Counted from the first letter of the stretch, positions 38,750 through 52,335 are shown. The stretch: DNA of 64,000 nt from Eledone cirrhosa (GCA_964016885.1 OZ024743.1:271994001-272058000), one strand, 5' to 3'. Translations and numbers: made by a program. The notes: a model not told the origin generated them from the letters alone.

Positions 38750-39150
38750 AACAATAATAATGAAAATTATTATGTAGTGCTCAGGTGCACTACAACTCAT
38801 CAAATGTGCATGTATAATACATAGAATAATGTACAAATGTCAGGAAAGTGAACAGTGTATGAGTCATGATATACACACAGATACATGCGTGTGTGTGTGT
38901 ATATGGAGGGGGAATATCAGGTCTAGTGTTGGCGAATTTCAGGAAGCATGGAAATTTTGAAGGATGCCGGGTCCTGACAGCTAACAACCGATGCTGGTAG
39001 TTTGTTCCATGCTTCAGCAACTCTAAGCATGAAAATTTGTTTCCGAAGGTCATGGGAGCTGTACTGTGTTCTGACTTTGTAGGCATGCCCACGGGTGTTA
39101 GACATATGGAATTAAAAAAGGTGCTCAGGGTTGTTGTCGGCAAGATGGTT
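38750..39150 (-). mobile_element. CR1-group LINE 3' end
   Basis: TRGHAYKVR..LRKQIFMLRVAEAWNKLPASVV....ASFK matches the CR1 'TRGH..KL...R..FF..RVV..WN.LP..VV' motif. Confidence 0.85.
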
Positions 39151-39531
39151 AATAATTTTGTGTAACTGAAGACTACTTAACTCCTTTGTTACCATGTTCC
39201 TATGATTTTTAAATCATTGTTAAAATAATCAAGAATTTGGAGTGGTTTAAGAAAATAACTGAATTTCTCATTATTCAATTGGTGTTTAGAACACAACATA
39301 GATTCTTACATAAAATTATGATGGTAGGAATTTAGATAAATATAAACATTTTAAGCCTTCACTTACCATATTTCTAATGAAAAATATTACCTGTGGTTTT
39401 CAAATCATTTTGAAAAAGAATTTGGAGTGAATAATTATATAACTAACTTTCTCATTATTAAGCTGGTGCTGGGAACATAACTTCAGAAAAATACTTACAT
39501 AAAAATATGATGAAAGGCTTTTAGATAAATA

Positions 39532-40269
39532 CTAGACCACCCGTGACCCGAGTCAGGTTCACTTAAAAAGATTTTTTTAAAAATCATGTTTACTTCAAAA
39601 TAATTTTCAAATAATTAAAATATACATAGACATGTATAGAATGTAAAATGAAATTGGAAGGCCCTTACGTATAAATATATGAGTGTGTGTGTACATATAT
39701 GTGTGTGTGTATATATGTGGGTGGTATCTGTGACATATACACTGGTCACAGATACACACACATATATATATACACACACACATATATATACACACACACA
39801 CACACACTTAGAAACCCTTCCTATTTAGCAGGAAATATTCGCTTCACACAAGTTATATGATACATATGACTAATATTCAGTCACCAAATTCAAGCTAGAT
39901 ACATGTTATGATACATATGACTTAATATTCAGTCACTAAATTCGAGCTAGATGTAATGTATTCGATTCTTTGAAATCACCCGTTATAATTTCATTCAACA
40001 ACATCATTTTCCTTCTCTTTCTCGCTCTCTTTCAATCTACTCTCTCATAACCACTATCTCTTTCTCTCTCTCTATTTATGAAGGTACCTGGAAAAACCCC
40101 GTATTTCAGAAACCCATGCTCCAATTTACGCGAAACTTGTTTTATTCCATGTTTATTCCCATTTCAGGGGCAACTTCCTTTCAAAGTATTTTCCCATTAT
40201 GCACGGTTTTGGCTGTATTACATTACAGACAAGCACACAACCACAGAGCTTTAGTAGTATATAGATAGA
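39532..40269 (-). mobile_element. Non-autonomous Helitron inserted in a family-2 MITE
   Basis: Minus strand starts TC(TATCTATATAC) and ends with hairpin ACTCG-GGTCA-CGGGT then CTAG; sits between A and T of the host; internal microsatellite and ~49-bp duplication at 39852-39950. Confidence 0.75.
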
Positions 40270-42414
40270 TATATACTTTAACCCTTCAGTTACCATGTTT
40301 CTAGTGAAAATCATAGCTTATGATTTTAAAATCACTAAAAATTATGAAAAATTTGGAGGGATTTAGGAAAATAACTGAATTTCTCACTATTAAACTGGTT
40401 TTCAGAAAATAACTTAACATAGATTCTTACATAAAATTACAATGGAAGTATTCTATGTGTTATGATGTCACTGATTACATAGAAATGAGCACATCAAGAT
40501 ATGTGACTTCACAACATCCCAACACCTTCACCATCACCAAATCTTCTCACTCTTAAATCAACACACACTATTATTCTTAATATTAATAGATATCCTACTG
40601 TTATTGTTCTGAATGAAAGATTTTATATCTAGATCAGTCATTAGATCATTTTGCTTTGATTAGATACTTTGAGAGAGAAATCAAAACAAGATTTGACAAG
40701 ATGCTGCTATAAAAACAGGTGCTACAATGACGTAGTATTAGGTCGATGAAAAGCTTTTAATGACAGTAGTTAAAAGAAAACATTAACACACGCACACCCC
40801 AGGTACTGCACTTTATGATTTGGTGATACTGTTGGCAGTAATTATGGTTTGGAAATGTGAATATTAATCCTTTTCTTACCAAACCACCTGAAACTGCCTT
40901 AGGTTGCAGGATGTCTGTATGTATGGACCCACAACTCTTGCAGTCATAGTGACATATGGCATATATTGGCACTTTTAACCTGGTGGAGCACATCTCCACT
41001 CCAGGTCTGAACACAGCCAATTCTTTTCCAGAGAAGTAGATAAAGTGATATTGAGATATAGAGGAAGAATCAACCATAGTACTGGACTGGTTCTTCTTTT
41101 ATCTACTTCAAAAGAATGAAAGGCAAAATTGACTTAGTGGGATTTGAACTCACAGAGCTGAAACAAATACTGCAAGTTATTCTATCCGACATTCTAACAT
41201 CTGTGCCATTTCACCATCCTAGTTCTATGATACAAAGCTGTTTATTCTAAATGTTTATATTTATCCAAAAACCTTCTTTCATAATTTTATGTAAGAACTT
41301 TTGTTAAGCTATATCCCAAACCTCAACTTAATGAAAAATCTATTTATATTACTAGATTCATCAAAATTCTTGATTATTTTCAAAATTATCTGAAAATCAT
41401 AGGAAAGGTCTTTCATTAAAAACGTAGTAACAAAAGGCTTTATTTAGTAAGTCTTTTGAAAACATTTATATTAAAAACTAATTATTTTTTTCTTTCATCA
41501 CTTAACCAGGACAAAGGGGAGTGTCCCTGACCTATTTCAGGGTCTCCTAGACAGGTGGAGAGTAGAGGGCAGTAGAATGTATCCTCAAATTGGAGATCTA
41601 GCCTCAAAATTGCAACAGAGAGAACACCATTACAAGAACTCACAGGGCCAGGTGGTGGTGGTGTTAAACTGGACAACTGATTAAGTCTACCACCCAAGTA
41701 GTCCCCAACAAGATTTGAAATTAGAACGCAAAGATCCAGAACAAATATATCTGATGCACTGATGAGTGAGCCAGGCTACTGTTCTAGAGTTGTACTTAAT
41801 TCATTCTGTGATTTAAAGGGTCAGCCTTGTCACGCCCTGTACGAAGCTGAATTTCTCTGAGAATTAGGTTAAAGGTTACACATGACTGTAATGCTCAGCC
41901 ATCATCATCATCATCATCATCGTTTAACATCCATCTTCCACGCTAGCATGGGTGTTCACGATAATAGAAGTTGTCTGTGTGAAACTCAGTCACTTCTCTT
42001 ATAATAGATAAATTGTAACTGTGATTCAAAGGCCATGTAATAGTGGAATGTTTAGCCAAATGAATGCTAATTTCAAAAGTTGGCTAATCAGTTGGTTGAA
42101 CAACTGGAACACTCATTGTCGAAAGTAACAGAGGTCTATTTACTTTTACCTCTACTTCAATAACGAAGTTCCACCACTTTGTTGATTTCTAATTTAGGTA
42201 CAAGACCTGTAAATTTTGAAAAGAGACTAAGTGGATTAAATCAATCCAATTACTTGAGCAGTACTTTATTTTATCGACCCTGGAAAGATGAAAGGCAAAG
42301 TTGACCTTTGAGGGATTTGAACTCAGAATGTAAAGAGCCAGATAAACACCACAATGGCATTTTATTCGAGGCCCTGCAAAATCTCTCTATCCACCCCACC
42401 CCCTTTGATTAACA

Positions 42415-42985
42415 TATGTATGTCACAGCTCCTCCTTAACATTTATGTCATAGCTCCCCCTTAACATGTCACAGTTCCCCCTTAACACATGTCACAGTTC
42501 CTCCTTAACCTACATCACATTTCCCCTTAACCTATGTATGCCACAGCTCCCCATTGATATATGTATGCTACAGCTCCCCTTGATATATGTATGCTACAGC
42601 TCTCCCATATGTCACAGCTCCCTCATAACCTATGTACATCACAGCTCCCTCATAACCTATGTACATCACAGCTCCCTCATAACCTATGTACATCAAGCTC
42701 CCTCATAACCTATGCAAGTCACAGCTCCCCCTTGATATATGTATGCTACAGCTCCCCCATAGCATATGTATGTCACAGCTCCCATTTATGTCACAGTTCC
42801 CCCTTAACTAACATTTATGTGTCACAGTTCCCCCTTAAATAACATTTAAGCTCCTCTTTAACATTATATATGCCACAGCTCTCCCTTAATTGATATATTC
42901 AGGTCACACCTCTAATTAACATGTATCACAGTTCCCCCAACACATATTTAGGTCACACCTTCTCAACATATATAGGTCACAGCTA
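42415..42985. repeat. Degenerate ~25-bp minisatellite (TGTCACAGCTCCCCCTTAAC.TATGTA)
   Basis: About 20 units, direct reading. Confidence 0.9.
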
Positions 42986-43369
42986 TATGAAACTTAAGTT
43001 CCTGATTCATTTTCTTTCAGTTCTGAGTTCAAATCGAGACAAGTCTGATTGATTTTTATAAACACCTTCATTAAGCAATCAATAAAATAAGATACTGTTA
43101 ACGTAACATATCAATATTGATTAAATGAATGATTACACAACACACATTGTCTATATTGTTTATCTTGTCTACCTTCAATGAGGAGATCATCCCCATCATC
43201 ATTTTATGATGACAATAAGAAAGAAACAATCAAAAGAAAGGAAAAGAATAAAGGTGAAATGAAAGAAAAAAATGAAGGAAAATACTTTTTGTTTCCCCTT
43301 TTTTAACTATAAAAGAAATTTATAATACGGAATATAGGATATAATTATCCTATATCGCACTAATATATG

Positions 43370-43640
43370 ACCCATTGTATTACAGTACATATTAGTACAT
43401 GACCAACTGTTATGGTACACATTAGTACATTAACCTGAACTACACATTAACATGAACATGTTACAGTACACATTGGTACATGACCAACTGTTACAGTACA
43501 TATTAGTACATGACCAACTGTTACGGTAAATATTAGTACATGAATGAATCACTGTTACAGTACATATTAGTACATGACCAACTGTTACAGTACATATTAG
43601 TACATGAGCAATTGTGTTACATGCTAGTACAGAACCCACT
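43370..43640. repeat. 30-bp minisatellite (ACTGTTACAGTACATATTAGTACATGACCA)
   Basis: About 8 units. Confidence 0.9.
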
Positions 43641-43828
43641 GTATTATGAACAGAATAATATTCTGTTTCATTGTGTTACATATACAAGTATATACTAGTG
43701 TAAACACACTATCTTGAAGATAGTGGGTTTTGCATTGATATCATTGTATTATATATTCCTAGAGCATATATGTTGAATGTAAATAGCAATGGAAACTGTA
43801 ATGGGTCATGGTTTGTGGTTTGAGGAGG

Positions 43829-43948
43829 CAATTAAATGTGAAAGTAACTGATAGAAGACCCCACCACCATCTATTGTAGGTATATACACTAGATGGTGGT
43901 GGGGTCTTCTATCAGTTACTTTCACATTTAATTGTAGGTATATACACT
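43829..43948. repeat. Perfect 45-bp inverted repeat with duplicated spacer (A-B-A'-B)
   Basis: Arms 43829-43873 / 43890-43934; ATTGTAGGTATATACACT at 43873-43890 and 43931-43948. Confidence 0.95.
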
Positions 43949-44079
43949 GCTAATGAATTATGTACCTGTTATGTTTGAAGATGTGAAAACTAAAACATGA
44001 GTTACAAACCCTCATTTTAAATCTAAATGTAACACCCTTAACAGCCATCATCACTGTTTAAGTTAACAGTTCTTTAACG

Positions 44080-44145
<66 letters not shown>
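44080..44145. repeat. (GTA)n microsatellite
   Basis: Direct reading. Confidence 0.97.
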
Positions 44146-44146
<1 letters not shown>

Positions 44147-45399
44147 CTGCCCAATACCACAACAAAAATTGAACTAAGAATTTCTCTGGGAACTTCTAAA
44201 AAACCTTTCCTTCAAACACCTGAATGCACAACATTTAGAACATTTCACATCCATTTTTCCCATGTAGTATATTTCAAGTCGATCTTTTCTTTTTAAATCA
44301 TTCATTGTCTGACACAGGCTTTGATTGCAATGAGAATGATAATAGTAAAACTAAGTAGTGAAGCTAGTTTAGTTGCTAGAAAAAACTAATTGAGACTTCA
44401 ATAGTATCATGGATGTACCAACAATAGCAAATGACTTGCAATACCTTTAATAACTGTTACATGGATGGACATAAAAACACTGACAACAAGACAACTGCAG
44501 TGACAAAAGTTTGCACTACAACAGTGACAATGGTAATAATGTCACAAAGGTAAAGTTAGGTATGGCTGTATTGATAAGTACCAACTTGTTGGTATTGATG
44601 GTATAACTGGTGTGCTCACATATGCGAAAATCAAATAAAGGATTGCTCTTTCCTTGGATGAGTAGCTGAATTCAGGTGTTGGATGTCATTTAGACTACTC
44701 TACTTGTTAGGTTAGTTCTCAGTGCTGGGTGAAATTGTGACACATTAATTATCCAACAGGATCATGTTGGTCTAAAGTTTAGGTAAGATTGGAAAATCAG
44801 GTGCATTGATCAGCATTGATTCCTTATTAACCAGAGGGCAGTTGGCAAACAATATTCAAAGCATATTCTCCAGTGTATGGCTGGGTCTTGACCATTATAT
44901 TCCACCTTAGTTGGTAGAGGGTCTCTTTATACCCAACATGTATACTCTTTTAGACACCTGGAACTTGTAATACAATATTTTATCTATTCAGACGTTTATC
45001 TATTTACTAAAAATTATATTTGCATATAAGATATAGGAAAGAAAAAAACATTTTATTTTTCATAAATGTAATTACCGTTTAAAATATGGAGACAATTTTT
45101 ACAAGAATTGTGGCAGGACAAATTACATTTGTTGTGCATTTAAAATTTGAAGACACAAAATAAAAGAGATGGAATTTACTGGACAATAGCGGACCATATT
45201 AAAAGAACAATAACTCGGTGACACAATTTCAACCATTAATATTATATACATTTTTTTTAAATTGGAGATAGAGAGAAAAATGAACTTATATATTTTCAAA
45301 TTGTTTTAATATAATTGCATTATTTTCAATAAAATTATGAGAAAAGAGAAAATTTAGAAAAAATGTAGAAAAATAAACAAAATATATATTTTAAAGAAA

Positions 45400-45590
<191 letters not shown>

Positions 45591-46773
45591 AGATATTTCA
45601 ACAAGAAAAAAACAATAGAAGAACAATACAATGATGGTATATTGGTTTAAGAGAGAGAAGAAGAAAAAGGAAGAGACAGATGAGAGTAAAAAAGAAAACA
45701 GGGAAAATGGTAGGAGAGATTTTATTTAATTTTGAATGATATTATATTAATTTTGGTTTTATTTACTTTATCTGAAAATCAATAAATCTTTGTGAAAAAA
45801 TGATGACTGGATGTACAAATACATGTATCTATGGATATATGCATGCATGCACATTATACACACACACACACACACATGTATATATATTGTCATTTTAATT
45901 TTTCACAGAGATTTTATTGATTTCCAGATAAAGTACATAAAACAAAAAAATAATATCCTTCAAAATAAAATAAAACAAAAATTAATGAAAAACAAAAAAA
46001 CTATCTAAAAAAAACAACAATAACTATAACAAAGATCAAGGTAAAATGAAAAGCTGGGATAAAATTAAATGATGAGACAGAAACAAGATGAAATCAAAGT
46101 AAAGAATATATTTTTTTAAAAACCCCACAAACTCATCATTGCAAAGAAACAGCTAACCAAAATCAATAACAACAACAAATCATCCAACCATCGTTCTGAG
46201 AGAGAAAGAAAACTGTACAAGACGAATGAATAGCAGAAACTGGAGAAGAAAAAGCAATTTTGGCATTTACAGTACAATCCACACTGCTGTTTTAGCAAAG
46301 TGTCATGGCTTTAATTAGGTTTGTAGGCAATTAGCAAGCAAATTATCACAGTTGATGACAAAACTGAGAGCAGATAGACTCCTTATTTCTATACAATGGC
46401 ACAATGAGGTTGTCTTCAACGGAATTCCATCTCTTTTTCTTACAAATTTATTTTCATTATTATTTTTTTTTACAGTCAAATTTCTATACTTTTGTTTTAT
46501 GTTTTTCTTTTTCTTTACTACAACAAAGTACTTAGACTAATCAACATGCTTGCTTGTGTAGAATAAATCTAAATTATGTTTGTATTTGAGTGCATGAGTA
46601 TGTATATGTGTATATACTCAGAGAGAGAAAGATCTATATTGGTATTATGGAGGTTAAATTCATGCAAAGATTTTATAATCATGATGCATTCTTCAATAAT
46701 TGCAGTCAAGTAAAGTAGCAGTTTAACTAAGAAATATATGAATACGAATGCACAACATCCAGAGTGTGAGTGT

Positions 46774-46804
<31 letters not shown>

Positions 46805-47050
46805 TATACACACACGTTTACAAGATGGAGTAGCAGATTAAGACCAGAAAGAAGAGGTACAAAAGAGAACAGATAGTCATCGAGGTAGTCACAGAATGTG
46901 TGATGAAAGCACTTTGACCAACTAGCAAATAACTAGTAATAAAGATAAAGAAAAAGAAAAAAAATTAAAATCAAATGGTGCATGTGCTTCTTTTTTTGGT
47001 AATACTGGCATCATGACCATCCCCAAATATAACTATATATATATATATAT

Positions 47051-47477
47051 AATTGGTATTGGAAGCTTAAAGCGTCTGTATTCGGTAGACCATATGAGCA
47101 CTCGATGCCCTCACAGAAAAAAGAGAATCTGTGTTGCGACGAAAGGAATTTATTGGACATATTACAATTGTTTCTTGGGCGACCAGCTCGAGGCACGATC
47201 GATATGGTGATCAAACCTGACTCTGAAATTGCGCGGTCCTCGGATACGTCTTGATTCTACGAAGCAGATTTTCCTGGCACGATCGATATGGTGATCAAAC
47301 CTGACTGTGTTTAGGAAAATCTGCTTCGTAGAATCAAAACGTATCCGAGGACCGCGCGATTTCAGAGTCAGGGTTGATCACCATATCGATCGTGCCTCGA
47401 GCTGGTCGCCCGAGAAACAATTGTAATATGTCCAATAAATTCCTTTCTTCGCAATGCTGATTCTCTTTTTTCTGTGA
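47051..47477 (-). mobile_element. Palindromic non-autonomous element 2 (inverted Penelope-like pLTR pair)
   Basis: 165-bp inverted arms 47111-47275 / 47313-47477; 60-nt unpaired tail 47051-47110; CpG-rich; TA repeats on both flanks. Confidence 0.7.
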
Positions 47478-47482
47478 TATAT

Positions 47483-48129
47483 ATCATCATCATCATCATT
47501 GTTTAACGTCCATCTTCCACGCTTGCATGGGTTTGGACGGGAGTTTTCCCCACTTGAGGCAAGATTTGTTGTCCTGCTCATATAGGACTGTCTGGCAGGT
47601 TTTCTACGGCTGGATGCCCTTCCTAACACCAACCACGTTTACAGTGTGGACTGGGAGGTTTTTACCGTGTTACCTACACAGCTACATTACAGCGTGGACT
47701 GTGTGTTTTTTTTGTCGTGACACCTACACGACCTCATTTGTTTCGGACTGGATGTGGTGGTACCAACATAACTTCACATTTAAGGGGGTGGTGTGGATGG
47801 GGTGGGGGTAGTGGGACGGGGTGTGTATTTTGTTAGAGGTGCCTACTGACTGTAGGTTTCGCTTTGTACTTAGGCAAGGCGGGTGTTCTGTATGACTGTG
47901 TAGCACCAAAGATCTCGGTCCAGTGACATTGTCTTGGAGAGGTGTAAGTGTGTGAGGTCGGAATTTATCAAGTCGTCCCAGGTTTTTCTGGGTCTGCCTA
48001 CTCCGTGTCTACCGTCTATTTTTATTGCCCTGCACTTTTTTATACAGCTGTCGTCTTTCATGCGCATCACATGACCGTACCAACGTAGTCTTCTCTCGAG
48101 TAAACAACATCTGATCCCTCTTATTCCTA
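47483..48129 (-). mobile_element. 5'-truncated copy of the young RTE family
   Basis: Reverse complement of ~51609-52248. Confidence 0.95.
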
Positions 48130-48220
48130 TATATATCTATATATCCCTTCCATATACTGTACCAATGGTGTTGTTATTTCTGTTTAACTTTTACATACAT
48201 ATATATATATATATATATAT

Positions 48221-51200
48221 AATTCTTGGCTACATCGCTCGCCTGCTCTTCTGTGAAATGTAATGTACGAATTCCTATTTTCTCGTCTCTCCATGTTTAC
48301 CTGGTCCATTCATCTATCTGTATCATATCGTCCAGAATACAACCTTTTCTTTTTCAATGCTATTTGATAATTCTGTCTGATCGTTCAAAATAATCTTCTT
48401 GTATTTTAAAATCACATAATTATTATTACAGTTATATGCTTGTTCAATTATGGCCAAAATTTCGTGGATTTTATTTTATAACCATCTCGCTAACTACCCC
48501 AGACACCTCCCCCTACCCCTACCCCTCCCCCTACCCCCACTCACCACAATTATTATTTGGGCCAAACATAAGTCAGCGGCCTATGTTATCACTTCTTAAG
48601 TTTAGACCTGGTTGCCTTTCGATATGATGGATGGACTACGGAATTCTGGAGAGTCTGAAAAAATCTGGACACTCAGTGACAATGCCAAAGATAAGGACAA
48701 ATTCACCTCATGCTGCCGGACGAGAATGCAAGGACTCCTCCTCTTTATTTAGGTCACGGACAGCTAAAATAGCCCTGTCCCCCTCCCCCCTCCCTGCACC
48801 CTCTCCTTCCCACCCACCAAACAATCCAAAACTTCAGAGTTGGTACCATGAATGTAGGTACCTTAAAAGGTCACTCTAACGCGGTTGTAGAGATGCTTGA
48901 ACGTAAGGAGGTTGATGTTTGCTGTGTTCAAGAGACCAGGTGGAGGGGTGGGTCTGCTGGATTCATTGTGGGTAAAAAACGATGCTATAAGTATTTCTGG
49001 GTGGGAAATGACAATGGGCTGGGTGGAGTAGGAATCATGCTAGCAGAAAAATGGGTAGATAAGATAATAGACATAAATAGAGTGAACGACAGAATAATTA
49101 AAATAAGACTTGTCCTCAAGAGAACTACTGTGACAATAATATCTGCGTATGCACCCCAACCCGGACTGCCTGGCATTATAAAAGACAGATTCTATGAGTT
49201 GTTAATGCTCATTACCTCCCAAATAACCGACAGTCACTATATAATTATTGCTGGCGACCTAAATGGTCACATTGGACAACACTGTGACAGCTATGACGGA
49301 ATACATGGAGGCAATGGGTTTGGTACTAGAAATGAGTAAGGCTCCAGAATCCTGGAATTCTGTGACGCAAATAATCTAACTATCTGTAACACAAACTTCA
49401 AAAAACGAGACAATCACTTGATCACCTATAGATCAGGGGAACACGCCAGTCAGATAGATTATAGCCTGACCAGAATACGTGACAGAGTGTCTGTTGTAAA
49501 CACTAAATCCCTCCCCCATGAAGAATGCACCTCCCAACATAGCCTCATAGTTAGCGACCTCATAGTCAGGACGAGACGTATTCGACAACAGAGGTGGACT
49601 ATCCTTAGGAGAAAAATATGGAAGTTAAAGGACCCCACAGCCAGTAATAAATTTAAAAGCATATTACTTGATGCTTTTGACAGTAAGGAAGAGCAATTAG
49701 AGTCGTACAATATAGAGGAACAGTGGGAATTCCTGAAAGCTAACCTGGTGAAGGTGACAGATGAAATCTGTGGCTGGAGCAGACCTATAGGCAGGAGGAG
49801 AGTAACTTGGTGGTGGAACAGTAAGGTGGAGGAGTCAATCAAAGCAAAAAAGCAGGCTTGGAAAGTATGGCGTGATGGGCGAAGTAGAGAAGACTATCAA
49901 GTGGCCAGGAGGGAAGCTAGGAAACATGTGTACATCGCAAGAAGGGAAGCAGAGGAAACAAAGTTCAAGCACGTTCTACAACGCGAGGACCAAAAACGTG
50001 AGGTGTTCAGGATTGCTAGACAATGTGTCAAGGAGAACCATGATATTGTCGGGGAGGAGTGTGTCCGTAATGATGATGTTGTACTTGCCATCACTGAGAC
50101 TGATAAGAAGGTAGCTTGGAAGTGTCACTACGAAAGGCTACCAAATGAGGAGAATAAATGGGAGAAAGACAGCCTCCCCCACATCGATCCAATAGAGGGA
50201 CCAGCAGTGCAAGTTGAAGGTAGTATAATAAGTAAGGCAATCAAAGATATGAAGACGGGCATGGCGGCTGGGCCTTCGGAAATAGTTGCTGAAATGCTGA
50301 AAGCATCTGGAATGGTGGGACACACTATGGTCACCCGGATAGTAAACCAAGTTATACAGAATGGGGTCGTACCAAAGGACTGGTGTAGCAGCATCATCAT
50401 TAACTGCTACAAGGGTAAAGGAGATGCCCTAGCTAGGGGAAACTATAGAGGCATTAAATTAATTGACCAGGTCATGAAGGTCACAGAAAAAGTAATAGCG
50501 CAACTAATCAGAGAGCGAATTGATCTAGATGAAATGCAGCTCGGGTTTCTGTCAGGTAAAAGTACCACAGACGCTCTTTTCATTGTACGACAACTACAGG
50601 AGAAGTACCTAGCTAAAAGTAAACCCCTCTACTTAGCTTTTGTTGACTTTGAGAAAGCCTTTGACAGAGTACCCCGCTCCATTATCTGGTGGGCTCTTAG
50701 AAAACTAGGTGTAGATGAATGGCTTGTGAGAGCTATACAAGCCATGTATAAAGAAACAGTCAGCAAGGTTAGAATTAACAACGAATATAGTGAAGAGTTT
50801 AGCTTAAAAGTTGGTGTTCATCAGGGCTCCATCCTTAGCCCCCTTCTATTTATTATTGCCCTCCAAGCTATAACGGAGGAGTTCAAGACCGGCTGCCCAT
50901 GGGAACTTCTATACGCAGATGATCTAACACTCATAGCCGAATCAATGGCTGAGCTAGAGAAGAAATTACAAACATGGAAGCATGGCCTAGAATCAAAAGG
51001 CCTTAAAGTTAACTTGTCTAAGACTAAAGTCCTAATATGTAGGAAGAAAAATAGGGCACTGGTCCCATCTGGGAAATGGCTATGCTCAGTGTGTAGGAAA
51101 GGAGTAGGCAGAAACTCCATTTTATGTCCCAAATGCAAAGTATGGGTGCATAAAAGATGTAGTGGGATCACAGGTAAGCTAACTAAGAATATAGATTTTA

Positions 51201-52244
51201 TGTGTGGCCGGTGCTCTGGTGCAATAAGTAACAGCAAATGCCCACAGAATACTAGCTCATTCCATTGCCCAGATGGTTCTATAGAAATAGTGGACACCTT
51301 CCGTTACCTGGATGACAAAATCAGCAGTGGTGGAGGGTGCTCCGAAAGTACTGTAGCTAGAGTCCGAACGGGATGGAAAAAGTTCAGAGAGCTTATATCA
51401 CTATTGGCCGCTAAAGGTTTCTCTCTAAAAATAAAAGGCAGGCTGTATGATGCCTGCATACGAACAGCGATGTTACATGGCAGTGAGACATGGGCCTTGT
51501 GTGCAGAGGATCTACGCGGACTGGAGAGGAACAAAGTTTGCATGCTCCGTTGGATGTGTAATAGTAAAATACGCGAACGGCAAAGCATAAATGAAATAAG
51601 TGAGAAATTAGGAATAAGAGGGATCAGATGTTGTTTACTCGAGAGAAGACTACATTGGTGTGGTCACGTGATGCGCATGAAAGATGACAGCTGTATAAAA
51701 AAGTGCAGGGCGATCAAAATAGACGGTAGCTACGGAGTAGGCAGACCCAGAAAAACCTGGGACGACTTGATAAAATCCGACCTCACACACTTACACCTCT
51801 CCAAGACAATGTCATTGGACCGATATCTTTGGCGCTATGTAGTAATATAGAAGACCCGCCTTGCCTAAGTACAAAGTGAAACCTAGTCAGTAGGCACCTC
51901 TTAACCAAAATACACCGCCGTCCCACTAACTCTACCCCCACCGCCATCTACACCACCCCTTTCGATGTAAAGCTATGTTGGTACCACAACATCCAGTCCT
52001 AAATCAATGAGGTCGTGTAGGTGTCACGACAAAAAACACACAGTCCACGCTGTAATGTGGCCGTGTAGGTAACACAGTAAAAACCTCCCTGTCCACACTG
52101 TAAACGTGGTTGGTGTTAGGAAGGGCATCCAGCCGTAGAAAACCCGCCAGACAGTCCTGAGCAAGACAACCAATCTTGCCTCAAGTGGGACAATTCCCGT
52201 CCAGACCCATGCTAGCGTGGAAAATGGACGTTAAACGATGATGA

Positions 52245-52248
<4 letters not shown>
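48221..52248 (+). mobile_element. Near full-length RTE-clade LINE (putative 5'UTR ~48221-48830, ORF, 3'UTR, (GAT)n tail) between (TA)n tracts
   Basis: Single reading frame with APE + RT; tail 'ggaaaatggacgttaaacgatgatgatgat'; 5' boundary inferred only from the flanking (TA)n. Confidence 0.92.
48848..51850 (+). pseudogene. RTE ORF: APE endonuclease - reverse transcriptase - PHD-type finger; one in-frame TAA at 49337-49339
   Basis: APE motifs GTMNVGTL, CVQETRW, SAYAPQ, AGDLNGH, SQIDY, SQH; RT motifs YKGKGD, NYRGIKL, DFEKAFDRV, GVHQGSILSPLLF, YADD; ORFs 48848-49339 and 49418-51850 share one frame. Confidence 0.95.
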
Positions 52249-52287
<39 letters not shown>

Positions 52288-52335
52288 CATATATTTATAT
52301 GTATGTATGTGTGTGTGTATATATATACATACATA

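Noticed and set aside
48221-48847. HDV-like ribozyme or ORF1 in the 5' leader of the full-length RTE
   Set aside because: No nested double pseudoknot identifiable by eye; short ORFs there show no recognisable domain
49459-51588. Antisense ORFs over the RTE ORF
   Set aside because: Shadow frames of the RT coding sequence
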